From NCBI RefSeq assembly GCF_964355755.1, contig NC_092672.1, positions 26,480,437 through 26,544,436 of the forward strand: a stretch of DNA of 64,000 nt. Direction: 5' to 3'. Below the pieces are notes generated by a model that made no database searches, was not told the DNA's origin, and saw only the letters and a list, made by a program, of their open reading frames with translations. The DNA comes from Antedon mediterranea (lineage: Eukaryota; Animalia; Echinodermata). Below, one piece after another: positions 1-12,714 of this stretch. Made by a program: the position numbers and the translations under genes. Numbering within the stretch: position 1 is the first letter of the stretch; every line of letters starts with the position of its first letter.

Positions 1-40
1 ATTATCTTTGTAACGAAATCATATCGTTTCTCTTTTACAG

Positions 41-3000
41 TTATTGATAGCAGTGACACTTATGTCAGGAAGCTTTTCTCAAACTGCAGACTTTGTTACG
101 GTTTACATAATGGCTCTTCAACCGGCTTTAACCCCCATAGCCATATTTTCATTATATCCGCCCTATTTTCGAAACATGAAGTCTCAATTATTTCGAAAAT
201 CAAATAGTAAGATGATAGAAATTATAAGTAGGCCTAATGTACTGATTATTCATACTTATAATGTTTAGCTTTTACTAATACAATTTTGCTGTACTATTGC
301 TTTTGATTATATTATAGAATTGTCACCACTTTTGTTTTCACAGATATGCCGACGTTTAACCACCAACCTTCTGATGAGTCTTCTCGATACCGCGATGCAT
401 CACAATTCGGGTCTTACCAACGGTAGGACCACGAAGCATTTTTTAAAAATATTGATATTTATTTAGATAAACATAAAATAGTGTTGATCAACCTAACTAA
501 TCCCATCCACTAACCAATTGTTTGTTTGTTTGTTTTATCTTTATACTGGGTGACCTCTTCAGTCAAAGACTGATCTCCCAGAGGGCCCAGTTGGTGATCA
601 GTGGCTGTGATGTAGGCCTACTAATACACCGGGGTAACCCCCCTACTCGTCTCGAAAGATGTACTAGGTTCTTTAAAGTGCACACGAGCAAGTTGTGTAC
701 ACTGGACCTACGGTTTATAGTCCTTATCCGAGAAGACTCGTTCTACCACCAGAACCATGGAGTGAGTGAGCCTCGAACCCCTGCCGATGTTATGGCTACG
801 TGATTACGGTTCCACTGTCTTAACCGCTCGGCCACTCACTCGTGTAACAATATCGTCCAACTATAGATATCGTCTTTTTTAATGTTTTAGTTAATGATTT
901 ATTTTTAACTGGTCTATTTATTTTTTATTCTAGAAACGTCAGCGACATTCAAATTAGTTTGGCTGATACATCCAAAGAATCATTTTCCAATCATAACCTA
1001 TCTTATGATGACGTCATCAGAAGGGATAGTTCTTACGGAACGGGTTTAACTTACTCAAACGATGACGTAATCGGAGTAAACGGTTCTTCTCGCGCGATGA
1101 GTGACGTTAAGATCGGACTCCGACGGAATGAACCAAATGGTGACGGTATGATCGGAATCTTCAATGATGGTTATTATGATTCAGATTCTGTATCATGCAG
1201 TACGTGCTCTAGGAGTGACTTCAGTTATTGTGACGACACAGAAGGTAGGACACGTTGTAGATCTTCGTTTAAGCTTGGTTCCCACTTATACACAACGCAA
1301 GTGAGTTAGCCAATCACAAGTGAAACTGCAGATGATCCATCGCGTCGTGATTGGTCAAATTGCTGACATTGCGCAAACTTTCTTGCGTTGTGTCCTAGAA
1401 CCACAAATCAAAGATAATACATGTCATGATTCAGTACTTACCACGTGATGTCTAATTAGGAAGTAAATTGAGACCTGGGTATATTCTCAATTTCCTTGAT
1501 GCTTAATCCAAGTGACATCCTCAACTTTACTGTGATTCCTTTTCAGAAACACATTTTACCTTTATCTACCATAAAGCTGACTTACTGATCTGTTTTCTCC
1601 ATGCAAATCTTTAAACAGAAAGTTATGTTGGCGATCATAATGATGTTGCTTATAGTTATATTTGGCTTAACTAAAACCAGCAAATCTAGTAGACCAAGTA
1701 ATAATTTGAATGAAATCATCGCTGATTTGTAATAATTGCTTATGGTAATCTTACGATAATGCGCACATTATTATTAATAATTATTAGAACGAAAACAAAG
1801 AGAGAAGTAAAGGTAGGCTTAATTTTAAATGAGGATGACGTTTTACCCGTATTCGTTCATATTTTTTTGCAGGATTCGACTCTGATTTTTCTGAGTATTC
1901 GTATTCAACAGACGAGGGCCACCGAGGAATTGTATACCTGAATAGAGTATCACGAAAAGTAGTTTTGACAAGAGTAGAATCTGTAATTTCTCACAAAACA
2001 GATACATTCAATGGTCAATACTTATCTCCGTGTGACGTCAGCAGAGCTTCATTAAGTGACCGGGAACCAGAACAATTAAAAGTTACTGAACACACTCCGC
2101 CAATCAGCACGAATACACCTGTTGATGTATGTGATACAGTTAAAACTGAACTTACAAGAATACCTAGAAACATTTACAAGGGTAAAGTTGGAAACTCAGA
2201 TAGTAAACATCAAATTATTGGCAGACGTGAACTTCGGCGATTTGGAATTAAAACTGGAAGATTAACAGAAACATTTACTCGTGAGAGCATTCCAAAAGAG
2301 ACGTCGTTGTTCAAATTGACGTCCGGTCGTCGACAAAATATTTGTTTGGTATGTCAAGGGCCGTTTGCTAGACGTATTCCTCATGCAAAGCATAAACTGC
2401 ACCAAGAAGATATGACTACTGTTAAAACAAAATTTAATTGCAAAAAGGAGAGTAGAAGAAGTAAAGATCCAAGTTCGATGAATGTGTTATTTCAAAAGGC
2501 TTTGTACGAACATAGTCAAAGTCCAGGTTTACAATTGAAAGTTGAAGATGGTGCTGAAGCTGATAATCTAGAAAGGTCTAAGAGGCTTAGTAATCCTACG
2601 AAACGACGATCATCACACGAAGATATCCAGTATCGGCAATACATCAGGTTTATCGCTAGCCTACACAATACACGTTCGAAAAAACACGACAGACATAAGC
2701 AGAGTGTTGGTAGAAATGAGTCACAAAGCAGTGTCTGTAAAAGAGGAGACGATAACCAAAGACATCCAGAAAGACACGAAAAAGAGAAGAAAGATCAGTC
2801 ATTACCAGGTGTATCTTACGTGGAATCTAATATGGACAATGACATTACAAAAGATCAGGCACATCGGAGAACAATTGATAATTCGTTGCAGCGTCACACA
2901 TCACCATCAACCTCCAGTGATACGAATTTAGAAAGTCTGGTTCATGGAGAAACACCAGATAAAAATACAAAATCAAACAGCATGTTAACTAACAAACCCG

Positions 3001-3227
3001 TAATTCAATTACAGTCATTTGACTCAGCTAAAAGCAGTATACACGGAGATTTAAATGGAAAACATCAAGCTACAGTTGGTATACTAAACATTCCTAAAAT
3101 TGAAGTTACAGATTTATCGACAAGTAACAATGAAAGCAGGGAAGTAATAGAAGAAACGTTTAACAAGTTTTTGTTAAAGTTGAGAGATGCTCAGACCAAG
3201 CTAAACCCACATACACCAATTCAATGA
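41..3227 (+). CDS. 3' exons of an uncharacterised, largely low-complexity/disordered protein (5' end outside window)
   Basis: Phase-consistent AG/GT exons: 41-100 (weak donor), 344-422, 934-1244, 1873-3227 (stop TGA). Spliced junctions read ...GSYQ-R-NVSDIQISLADTSKE...CSTCSRSDFSYCDDTE-G-FDSDFSEYSYSTDEGHRG... into the 420-aa ORF. AATAAA near 3433. No recognisable folded domain. Confidence 0.65.
536..841 (-). mobile_element. tRNA-derived SINE with Deu/Nin-like central domain (copy 1)
   Basis: Minus strand starts GAGTGAGTGGCCGAGCGGTTAAG (A box) ... GGTTCGAGGC (B box). Central part GGATAAGGACTATAAACCGTAGGTCC...CTTTCGAGACGAGTAGGGGGGTTACCCCGGTG resembles the Deu domain. Near-identical copy at 28926-29223. 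Confidence 0.8.
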
Positions 3228-3863
3228 GCTTGCATATTAGGAAGAATATGTTTTGAAAGCGTTACACCAGAACATTTGACCATGGACCTATAATTTTATA
3301 GGTCCATGATTTGACATTAAATTAAATTTCATAAGCAACACATGGCGACGACAACCAACTACCAAAAGAGACAATTATACCTTAATTGATTTGTTTGAGG
3401 AACTTTAAAGAACAAATTCTTGATGATGATCAAATAAAGATAGAAACGTTGAATCATGACTTTCTTCTCATTGTTTGAGAATTCTAGATATTATTCAAAC
3501 ATATTTTTATCAAAAAAGAATGTTATAACGAAGCCAACAACTTGCGTAATTTAATTCTTTTAATTTAAACAGTTAACATTATTTGAATACTCTATTCTGT
3601 TTAACTAGGACTGGTGTACATATTGTATGTTGAGTATTAAGTACATATGTGTACCTCCTTTTAAAAAAAACAATATTTAAATAAATATTTTGATACTTTT
3701 ATAAACACATCTGTAAAATGTTCAATTGAATTTATTTATTGATAATAAATATTCATCTCAAATGAACAAAGGAACAAAATCTAATAGTAAAGTAATTTAT
3801 TAATATCAGAAATAAACAATCCAATTATCGGATATATAGATATTTTATAATTTGTACATATTG

Positions 3864-6800
3864 TTACACCTGCCATTCCTTGAAGAAATCATTGCCTTTA
3901 TCGTCGACAACAATGAATGCTGGAAAATTTTCTACCTGTACCTTCCACACTGCTTCCATACCAAGTTCTGGGTATTCAAGTTGCTCTACTTTCTTGATAC
4001 AATTCTTAGCTAAGATGGCAGCAGGGCCTCCTATAGAGCCTAGGTAAAATCCACCATGCGTTTTACATGCTTTTGTTACCTGAAATTAATTCAAAATAAA
4101 GGTAAGACTTTTCTATTTGAGCTAAAAATTTCTTAATCAGTGGTGTAACGGCTATGAGCGCTCGCTGGCTAATCTCAGTGGCTCTGAACTTATAGGGGCT
4201 CAGAGCTTATAGGGGCCACAGAGCTTATAGGGGCCCGGAGCTTATAGGGGCCTCTGAGCAGTGCCCAGAGGAAAAAACTGGAATTTAAAAAAATTGGCTA
4301 AACCCATTGGCCCTGGAGCTGGGAGGGCCACTTAGGGTTCCTAAATTAGGAGCCTTACGTCTCTACGTTGCGCTACTGTTCTTAATGTGAACATATTGGT
4401 TAGGCTTCGTTTCAAAAACCTATGTGAATTCTGAAACTTTAACTGCCTACAGAAGCAGGGGCAACTATTAAGCCTCATAATCGAGTGGAAATCAGCGGGC
4501 CTAGACGAAATCTGCTGTTAAAACACAAAAAGTCAAGTTAAATTTTCTTTAATTCTAATTATCATCTTGACTTATAAAAGCTTCTATTAAAGTTTTAGTT
4601 TTTAATCGCGTGCAATGCGACTCTACAGCTCACTATGTCACTAACTTGAGCACGCAGCTGCAGCCATGTATATGGCCTTGTTTACTGTTGAGTGGGGCGT
4701 CCAATTTAAAGCTTGCTTGCTTGCTGTGGCTACCCTTTTCCACTTTTCTTGCATTGTATTAATTATGCTCATTATTGGTTGTATATTTATTTTGTTACTC
4801 TGTATTTTGCTCTATAATTTGTGGAAATAAATTGTATTATTATTATTTTAAAAACTATTTTCTCAGACCTACCTGTTTACTTCGATTTCCCTTGGCTAAC
4901 ATGACCTTTGACCCTCCAGCTGCTTGAAAACTGTCCACGTAAGAATCCATTCTACCAGCAGTGGTGGGACCAAATGATCCGGAAGCATAACCCTATAAGA
5001 AGTTATTCATTTACAAACTAAGTTAATTGAAGAGATTGAAGATTCCTTTTTTGTAGACAGTTGACAAAAATTATTTGACTGAATTCCATTTTATTTCTAT
5101 AGTATGTTAGTAGCATAAACCTATACATTTAGTTGGATGGTAAGAAAATTAATTGAGTTGAAAGACTAAAATAAAACATTCATTATTTGTTTTATAACTC
5201 ACCTACCTAAAACAAACTTTAATATATTCATTGTAACTCATTGATGAATGCTGGGCCATTAAAAAACGCAGTGCTACAACTTTGGATGTGAAATAGAACT
5301 GTTATAGATGATGTGCACTACACAGGATGATTACCGAACGTGGATCAGTCAACAACTTCACATGGCAAAAATTCTCAAAATGTTTACTAAAAGCTGAATG
5401 TGCATTATTATTATAATGGTATATTTAAAAAAAAATGTTGTTAAGAATTATTTTTTCAGGGGGACAATACATCTTTAACATACTACCATACAATATCAAA
5501 ATGTAGTGGTTTGTATACCTCTGGTGTCTTGGCTGGCCCTGCATAATAAACTGGATGATCTTTGATGTATTGTGGTAAACCTTCTCCACTGTCTATCCTC
5601 TCTTGTAGTTTAGCATGTGCAATGTCTCTTGCTACTACAAGAGTTCCTGTCAGACTAAGCCGTGTTCTGATTGGATACTGGGTTAGGTTACTAAGTATGC
5701 TGCTCATTGGTTGATTCAAATCCACCTAGTTTGAATAAATTAACATTTCAAACAGTGTGAAAATCAAGGATATTTTGGTTGTTCGATTGGTGTTTGTATG
5801 GAAGTGTTTTTATTGGTCAATGTTTGTTGCGGAAGTATTTTTATTTGTCATTGTTAGGCAATGTTTTATTGGTCATTGTTGTTAGGCAGTGTTTTTATTG
5901 GTCATTTTGTTAGGCAGTGTTTTTATTTGTCATTGTTTGTTAGGCAATGTTTTATTGGTCATTGTTGTTAGGCAGTGTTTTCTATTGGTCCTTGTTTGTT
6001 AGGCAATGTTTTTATTTGTCATTGTTGTTAGGCAGTGTTTTTATTGGTCATTGCTTGTTAGGCAATGTTTTTATTGGTCATTGTTTGTTAGGCAGTGTTT
6101 TTATTGGTCATTGTTTGTTAGGCAGTGTTTTTATTGGTCATTGTTTGTTAGGCAGTGTTTTTATTTGTCATTGTTTGTTAGGCAATGTTTTATTGGTCAT
6201 TGTTGTTAGGAAGTGTTTTATTGGTCATTGTTTGTTAGGCAATGTTTTTATTGGTCATTGTTTGTTAGGCAGTGTTTTTATTGGTCATTGTTTGTTAGGT
6301 AGTGTTTTTATTGGTCATTGTTTGTTAGGCAATGTTTTATTGGTCATTGTCTGTTGTTCTATATCAACTACTAAAAAAAGTAATGCTATTACGAGAGTTA
6401 TTTTGCACTGTATATGTTGTTATAGGAATAATATATTACTGTTTTTATATTAATTTTACTTTAATTCAGTATCAACCTCTTATTATTATTCTTTATAAAA
6501 GTTAAATATAATCGTAGTACAGTAATATTGTTTTATGGTGCTACCTTAACGACAGTTTCGCTAAGATCGTCCTCCGCTACTTCAGGTAAATACTGACTTG
6601 GGTTTTTCTCAAGCTGTTCTAAGAATATACCTTCCTCTGTAATTTTACCTTTTACCTGTACAAAAAAAGTAATAATAAAACAATTAAAATGAATTTTAAA
6701 AAGTAGACTAAAAATTATTTTGAAAAAATTATATTTTTTCTCAACAGATTATGAGTTTACAGTACAAATAATGGGATTATTGTACAAATCGCTTGTCAAA

Positions 6801-9800
6801 GTTTAACATTCTACATTTCATTTTGACAGCAATTCATAATGTATAATTTAAACATTCTAATATTGTCTTGTAACTGTACTATCAATTGGCAACCTCATTT
6901 CGAAATTGATGTAAATGTTGAATCTATCACAACAATCAGTTTGTGAGTATGCACATTGTTTATCATCTGTTGCCTTGTAGTTGATAATGCTCTACCAGTA
7001 CAAACTCCATAAAACATTTACTAATTAAAATATTTAAAAAAAATTTCATCTTAAAATGCAACTTTCAAATTTCATTATTATTATTAATATACAGTATTAT
7101 TAAGAAAAATTATATATTGCTCATAAAACGTACTTGTCTGTCCGCAGAGCAAGAGACGCCAAGACCAACAGGACAAGAAGCCCCATGACGTGGTAGACGT
7201 ACGACCCTAACATCATGACAGAAGTATTTGCCACCAAACTGAGCACCTATGCCCATTTTCTGGCTTAGTTTATGTACTTGTTCTTCCATTTCTAAATCCC
7301 TAAATGCACGTCCAAACTCACCACCTATAATTAGAAGTAATTTGTATCATTAGTGTTTCATATTATGAATTTCTTGTATCATAGTTAAAGTGAAATTTGC
7401 AGTTTTTTCCCAAATTTGACCATAACTCATTGAAATATACTGTACTAACAAATAGAGAAATGAATAAAAACATTGTTGAAGAATCCTGATCACTAACTAA
7501 AAACCACATCCTTACTGTGTGGGATAACTAGACATCATCATAGCAAGTGACAGGCTGAGCTATTAAGACAGTGGAATAACAACGGCAAGGGTTCTAACTA
7601 GCTCCGTGGTTATGATGGTAGAACAAGTCTTCTCTTTGTATAAAGACTATAAACCATAGGTCTATCTACAGTAGCTAAGAACATAGTACACCTTTCAAGA
7701 TGAGTCAGGGCTTTCACCGGTGTACTAATACACACACAGCCACTATCGCTGTCACACAGAATAAATAATTTGTGTTTTATTTTTACTCACAAAGATTCCC
7801 ATTGTTTTAAATGTAATTTTTGTTATGTTTCTGATAAAAACCAGGCGTGGTACTCAATGAACGACCAATCAAATCCCAGCATGGTAAATAGTGAATGTCA
7901 TTGGACGTTGGAATCAAAACCTGATTTTAAGTCAATGGCCTTTAAAGCAATGACCTTTATTGTACTGCACTCACCATTTGTAGGAAGATTGTCGAGGTAC
8001 TTTGTTGAAGCTAGTTTGACAGTTTTAAGGGTCATCTCTGCTGACAGACCACCAATGACCAATGCAAGATGGTATGGGGGACAAGCCGCTGTGCCAATGG
8101 TCTAAATGAACAAATATAATCAATATGACTTTTTTAGAAAATGTGAACAACTTTTACAAATGAATTTTATACTTTTTCCAATTTCTATGCAGTGCGTAGT
8201 ATAACAGATTTGATAGGCAGTAAGGCAGCTTGATTTTATCAGCTGATGTAGAGACAGAAATTACTTAAATAAAGAGAGCTTATCAAGCAGTTGGATTACT
8301 TATTAGTTGGGTTTACAGGTCTGGAAAACAAAGAATAGACAGAGATGGGTATCTATCTATACATTTTGTCTTTCATTTATAAATTCTCTGCTGGGAAGTG
8401 ATGATGGACACCTGCAGTTTCTGCCCTGATAATAATACTATCCTGGATTTATATAGTGCCTAATGTAATGAAACCTCTAAGTGCTGAACATTATTACCCC
8501 AGTCATTTTTTTGGATCAAACACGTATGGAAACATACTTCAATAATGCAGCTAGTAATCAGCGCAAAGTTGTGTCTTGATCTAACCGGGTTCCCATTTAT
8601 ACACCTGGGTGGAGAGAGGCAATCGTAAGTAAAGTATCTTGCCTACAGATACAAGCAATGCAGCGAGAGTTGGATTCGAACCTCGGTCTCACGATCAGTA
8701 GTCCAACGTCCAACACATTGCGCCACACGCCCTCACAGATACCAGTCAAAATCTCTCTTTTTAATGATTTACTTATAAACAATTGAAAACATCTAACATT
8801 TAAATCTAATTGATTAAATTGTATAGTGTACTTAAATATTATTTCATTTACCTTAATTTTCTCGTTTATAAATTGTGCAAGCTTCTCTGGGTTTAGCAAT
8901 GCTTTAGTTTGTTGATAGAGGAACGTTTTATTAGCTGAACCACCTCCTTTGGCTATAAATAGAAAGTTATATTCGTTGCCAGGTGTGGCGTATATCTCAA
9001 CCTGGGCAGGTAAATTGTTACCAGTGTTTACTTCCTTGTACATGTCTACAGGTGATACCTATAAAAGAATCTGTTGTTTATGGAATGGTCAGCTTACTAC
9101 ACTACTATAGTGTAACACTCTAAAATATAATGGTACAGACCATAAGGTCAGAGAGAGGTCAAGATAAAATAAAGGAGGAATGAAACACATTCACTGTATT
9201 GAGGAAGGTTATGAAATATTGATATTTTTTGGCTGTATACTTTTATGTATGTTTGGCTGCAAGCTCTTGTAATTTCTTTGGATTGCAGATAATAAAGTTT
9301 TGTCTTATGTCTTAAAAAATCATACCAAACACAACAATGTCACATGTCAGGATTTTTTCTAAGGACCAAATTACTCCACTCCCAAAGACTTGTAATAAGA
9401 CTTTGTTTATGTAGAGCATCTTGTGTATATGTTTGTCTTGTGAACCTCTGAGGGTCCCTAATGATCAGCAATAGCTGGATGGATCACCCTCATTAAATAT
9501 GGTTAAAAAAAAAAAACAAAAAAAAAAACAATCAAACGTGTTGATATTTATTTGTATTGTTTGAGCAGTAATAATATAACCCAATATCATAACATCATAA
9601 ACAATTACCTGTGAATACCTAAGATTTCTCTGTGTGTATGTATCATAAACTCCTCTTGATATATGCTCCTCATCATTCTCATCTGTCCATACATTTTGAC
9701 CTCTTTTACCTAGAAAATCAATTTTAAAAAGCAAATGGCATACTTCAAAAATTGAAGACATTGAGCTGGCCTACAATGTCCTGTCCTGTTAAGTGTGTGT

Positions 9801-12071
9801 ATCATTTCTAAGTCTGTTAACCTCTATCCATAAGTATCCTTGAATCTCATCTAGAGATATATTTCTGGCTAGTGGATGCCAGGTCTCAGATTACCATCCG
9901 ATAATAATTTTCTAAAGTGTTTTCGTTTTTCAGTGTCAGTATACAGTACTTTATCTTTGGTAAGACCAACAAATTATTAAACAGTAGCCAACAAGTGGTG
10001 TCTGTCAACATTCAATAAACATTTAGTTAATTAGAGTACCCATAACAATTACAGTGGTGCCTATAAAAGTTAAAACCCATAACAATAGTGGTGAAATTCA
10101 ACAATAAATACACCATAGTTCAGGCCTTGTCTTTTGAAAATTATAGGTGTGCTACAAATTGCACTCCTCAATACATTCAGAGGTTTGCTGTTTGTATTTT
10201 GGTGTGTAGAAGTTTACCAAATTTAGGCATGTTGTAAATCGCACTCCTCAAGGGCAGTTTAGGAGTGTGTTAGGTGAGTGATCGCACTCGCTCAAGGGCA
10301 GTTTAGGAGTGTGTTAGGTGAGTGATCGCACTTGCTCGCCTTAAAAGACAAGGCCTGTGATAGTTGTGCCTGTCGACAATAAACAATAGCTAGTTTACCC
10401 ATAACAATAGCAGTGCCTGTGTCTTGACAACCTGGTAGCACCATATCTGCAGCAATACAAGCATTCTTTAGTAACTCTAACGCTACAAACCTATCATTAC
10501 TTGATGCTTCTGGATCATCCAGGATCTTTCTTAATTGCTGTAAAAACAAGTGTAGTTTATAGCTTAAACAATGCTGTTTCATCATACCATCTGATTAGTG
10601 TCAGTTAAGATCTGATTATTGCCAGTTAAATAGTATTAGTTAAGATCTGATTAGTGTCAGTAAATATCTGATTAGTGTCAGTTAAGATCTGATTATTGCC
10701 AATTTAATAGTGTTAGTTAAGATCTGATTAGTGTTAGTTAAGATCTGATTAGTGTCGGTTAATATCTGCTAAGTGTCGGTTAAGATCTGATTAGTGTTAG
10801 TTAAGATCTGATTAGTGTTAATTAAGATCTGATTAGTGTCGGTTAATATCTGCTAAGTGTCGGTTAAGATCTGATTAGTGTTAGTTAAGATCTGAGTAGT
10901 GTCGGTTAATATCTGCTAAGTGTCAGTTAAGATCTGATTAGTGTCGGTTAAGATCTGCGAAGTGTCAGTTAAGATCTGATTAGTGTCGATTAAGATCTGC
11001 TAAGTGTCGTTAAGATCTGATTAGTGTCGGTTAAGATCTGCTAAGTGTCGGTTAAGATTTGATTAGTCTTGTTAAGATCTGCTAAGTGTCGGTTAAGATT
11101 TGATTAGTCTTGTTAATATTTGATTAGTGTGGATTTAGATTTGATAATAATATTGATAATCCATCCATCTATCTTTGTAATTAATTATAATTGTTAATGT
11201 CAGATGTTATGAGAAAATTTATATTTAAAACAAATGATGATAAGCCTCACCCCAAGATGAGCTGGTCGAAGAAGGTGAGCAATATCCACCATTGCTTGTG
11301 AGGTCAGCAAGGTCAGTGCTTGAGGTTCAACTTTGAGAATCTTTCTCCCTCCAAACTCAACAGTTGAAACATGTTTATCTGGTTAAAAATAGTAAGTTAA
11401 TAAGTAGAATTTGTATTTTACTATTGAAGATGTGGAGGGGGTGATGGGAATGTTAATGAGGAAGAAATGATAATGTGGCACTACCAAGGGCGTTAGTGGG
11501 CACATGCTTGCCAGCCCCACCCTCTGACAGGTGGATTGAATTTATGAAAGTTACGTTTTTAATCTGTTTTTGACAGACATCAATGATGTTAGCGCTCCAC
11601 CTTTAAAAAATCCCTGGATACACCTCTGACTACGGGGAAGTAACAAAGCAACAACAAAAATTGTTGAGGAAATAATGGAAAAGACGATAAAAAAGATGAA
11701 AATAAACTTTTAAAAAGTAGTAAATAAAAAAATATATGTTTACTCATACATTACTATATACGCCATCTCATTTTCTAAATTTTGTGTTTCATAATTCTGT
11801 TTGTTTGAATGTATATAACTGGTTAGCTGGGAACTGGTTAAATATTTATGAAACAGTGATGTGTTAATGATAAGAGTACACAGTACTATCTGGATGTCAT
11901 TTGCTCACCTGTCAGTTTCCTAAAGGTCGTTTCGTCTAGTTTATCCATCTGCCAAATATCTTGGTAAATGAATGGTTTGACAGTACTTGCTGTTCTCTGG
12001 CACCACTTTTGCTGCCATAGTGACGACCCACATGGCCGCAACAATCTCAACAATTTTACTTGTTTCTGCAT
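3864..12071 (-). CDS. fumA: Class I (iron-sulfur, FumA/FumB-type) fumarate hydratase, probably mitochondrial; 11 coding exons, 569 aa
   Basis: Exons (minus): 12071-11909, 11378-11251, 10537-10399, 9709-9609, 9058-8852, 8101-7975, 7324-7134, 6655-6545, 5725-5519, 4992-4873, 4079-3864. All introns GT-AG with matching phases; total 1710 nt. Class I motifs [82 protein letters not shown]. Confidence 0.95.
4138..4378. mobile_element. hAT-type MITE containing a short ~19-bp tandem repeat
   Basis: Ends CAGTGGTGTAAC / GTTGCGCTACTG. Perfect 8-bp TSD TTCTTAAT (4130-4137, 4379-4386). Internal GAGCTTATAGGGGC repeats, about 4 copies. Confidence 0.8.
4598..4685 (+). mobile_element. Short DINE-1/HINE (Helentron)-like element
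   Basis: TTTTAATCGCGTGCAATGCGACTCTA...GCACGC...GCCATGTATATGGCCTTGTTT. Same family as 12592-12714 and 49048-49868. Confidence 0.55.
5800..6352. repeat. ~30-bp minisatellite in fumarase intron
   Basis: Unit GGCAGTGTTTTTATTGGTCATTGTTTGTTA, roughly 18 copies. Explains the repetitive ORFs 5947-6453 and 6006-6209. Confidence 0.95.
7550..7745 (+). mobile_element. Degenerate copy of the Deu-like tRNA SINE
   Basis: GGCTGAGC..TTAAGACAGTGGAA...GTAGAACAAGTCTTCTC...GACTATAAACCATAGGTC...CACCGGTGTA...CACAGCCACT aligns by eye to the reverse complement of 536-841. Confidence 0.6.
8558..8734 (-). mobile_element. tRNA-derived SINE with CORE/V-like domain (second family)
   Basis: Minus strand GAGGGCGTGTGGCGCAATG (A box) ... 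GAGGTTCGAATCC (B box), followed by GGCAAGATACTTTAC...GCCTCTCTCCACCCAGGTGTATAAATGGG. Confidence 0.7.
10121..10357. mobile_element. hAT-like MITE
   Basis: TIR CAGGCCTTGTCTTTT / AAAAGACAAGGCCTG. Flanks CCATAGTT / TGATAGTT (6/8 match). Internal ~45-bp direct duplication. Confidence 0.65.
10588..11150. repeat. ~21-bp minisatellite in fumarase intron
   Basis: Unit TTAAGATCTGATTAGTGTC(G/A)G, more than 20 copies with variants. Confidence 0.95.
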
Positions 12072-12465
12072 TTTCACTTTGAAAAATAAATAAAAACACT
12101 GACTGCTAGGAGAAAAATAAAAAAACACTGATGATAGGACCCTATTATTCTAATCTGCTTACATAACCACAATACAATGGAAATTAAATGTGTGTTTGTT
12201 TGACTCTACATTGTTCTAGGCTAGGCCTAGTGTTGTAAGTGTATTCAACGCCGTCCACAAGTGAGTATTTGTAGTGTCAGATCTGTCGGTTGTCAAAAAA
12301 TCCATCACAGCCTAGCCTAGCCTAAAACATACATAATTGTATACTACGTGCATCGGTTAGCGTTGCCATATGTTTTGTGATGCCAGTTTATTAAGGAAAT
12401 TAAAATTTATTAAATCATTCTTAAACAATTTTAAATTAAGCAAATTAAGTAAAAACTTCACTTAC

Positions 12466-12545
12466 CAAGAAACTCGATGAAAGGAGGATGACCGATTGTT
12501 GACCGGCGGTGGGTGGTGGTGAATCAACAACAACAAAGTCATTCG
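12466..12545 (-). other. Probable non-coding first exon of the fumarase gene
   Basis: Minus-strand donor GTAAGT after 12466. Acceptor just upstream of the ATG (exon starts 12076). Locally CpG-rich. TSS position is approximate. Confidence 0.5.
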
Positions 12546-12591
12546 CCCTCTATTTTCTACACTAAAAAGCCTCTCAAAACTAAATACAGTA

Positions 12592-12714
12592 TTTTTAGTC
12601 GCGTGCGTGCAACGCGACTCTATACAGCTCCTCACACTTCGCGGTCGGTTTGGTCGGTCGGTCGGTAAACACTAATTTCAGCACGCGACTGCAGCCAGTA
12701 TATGGTCTTGTTTA
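12592..12714 (+). mobile_element. Short DINE-1/HINE (Helentron)-like element
   Basis: T-run, subterminal inverted repeat AGTCGCGTGC / GCACGCGACT, (GGTC)n microsatellite, 3' GCCAGTATATGGTCTTGTTT. Confidence 0.7.

Noticed and set aside
934-1941. Alternative model using donor GTGAGT at 1301 or the ORF-track stop at 1309
   Set aside because: A phase-0 join to 1873 stops at 1941. The phase-1 donor at 1245 joins cleanly to the long terminal ORF. It could still be a minor isoform.
5947-6453. Cys/His-rich repetitive ORFs (FIGHCLLG)n
   Set aside because: Translation of a 30-bp intronic minisatellite, antisense to the fumarase gene.
10588-11150. CRISPR-like appearance of short repeat arrays (also 18279-18490, 35345-35543, 54115-55200)
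   Set aside because: Units are contiguous with no unique spacers, there are no cas genes, and the context is eukaryotic.
3864-12071. Bacterial contamination or recent horizontal transfer as the source of the class I fumarase
   Set aside because: Ten spliceosomal introns containing host repeats, a presequence and host-like base composition.
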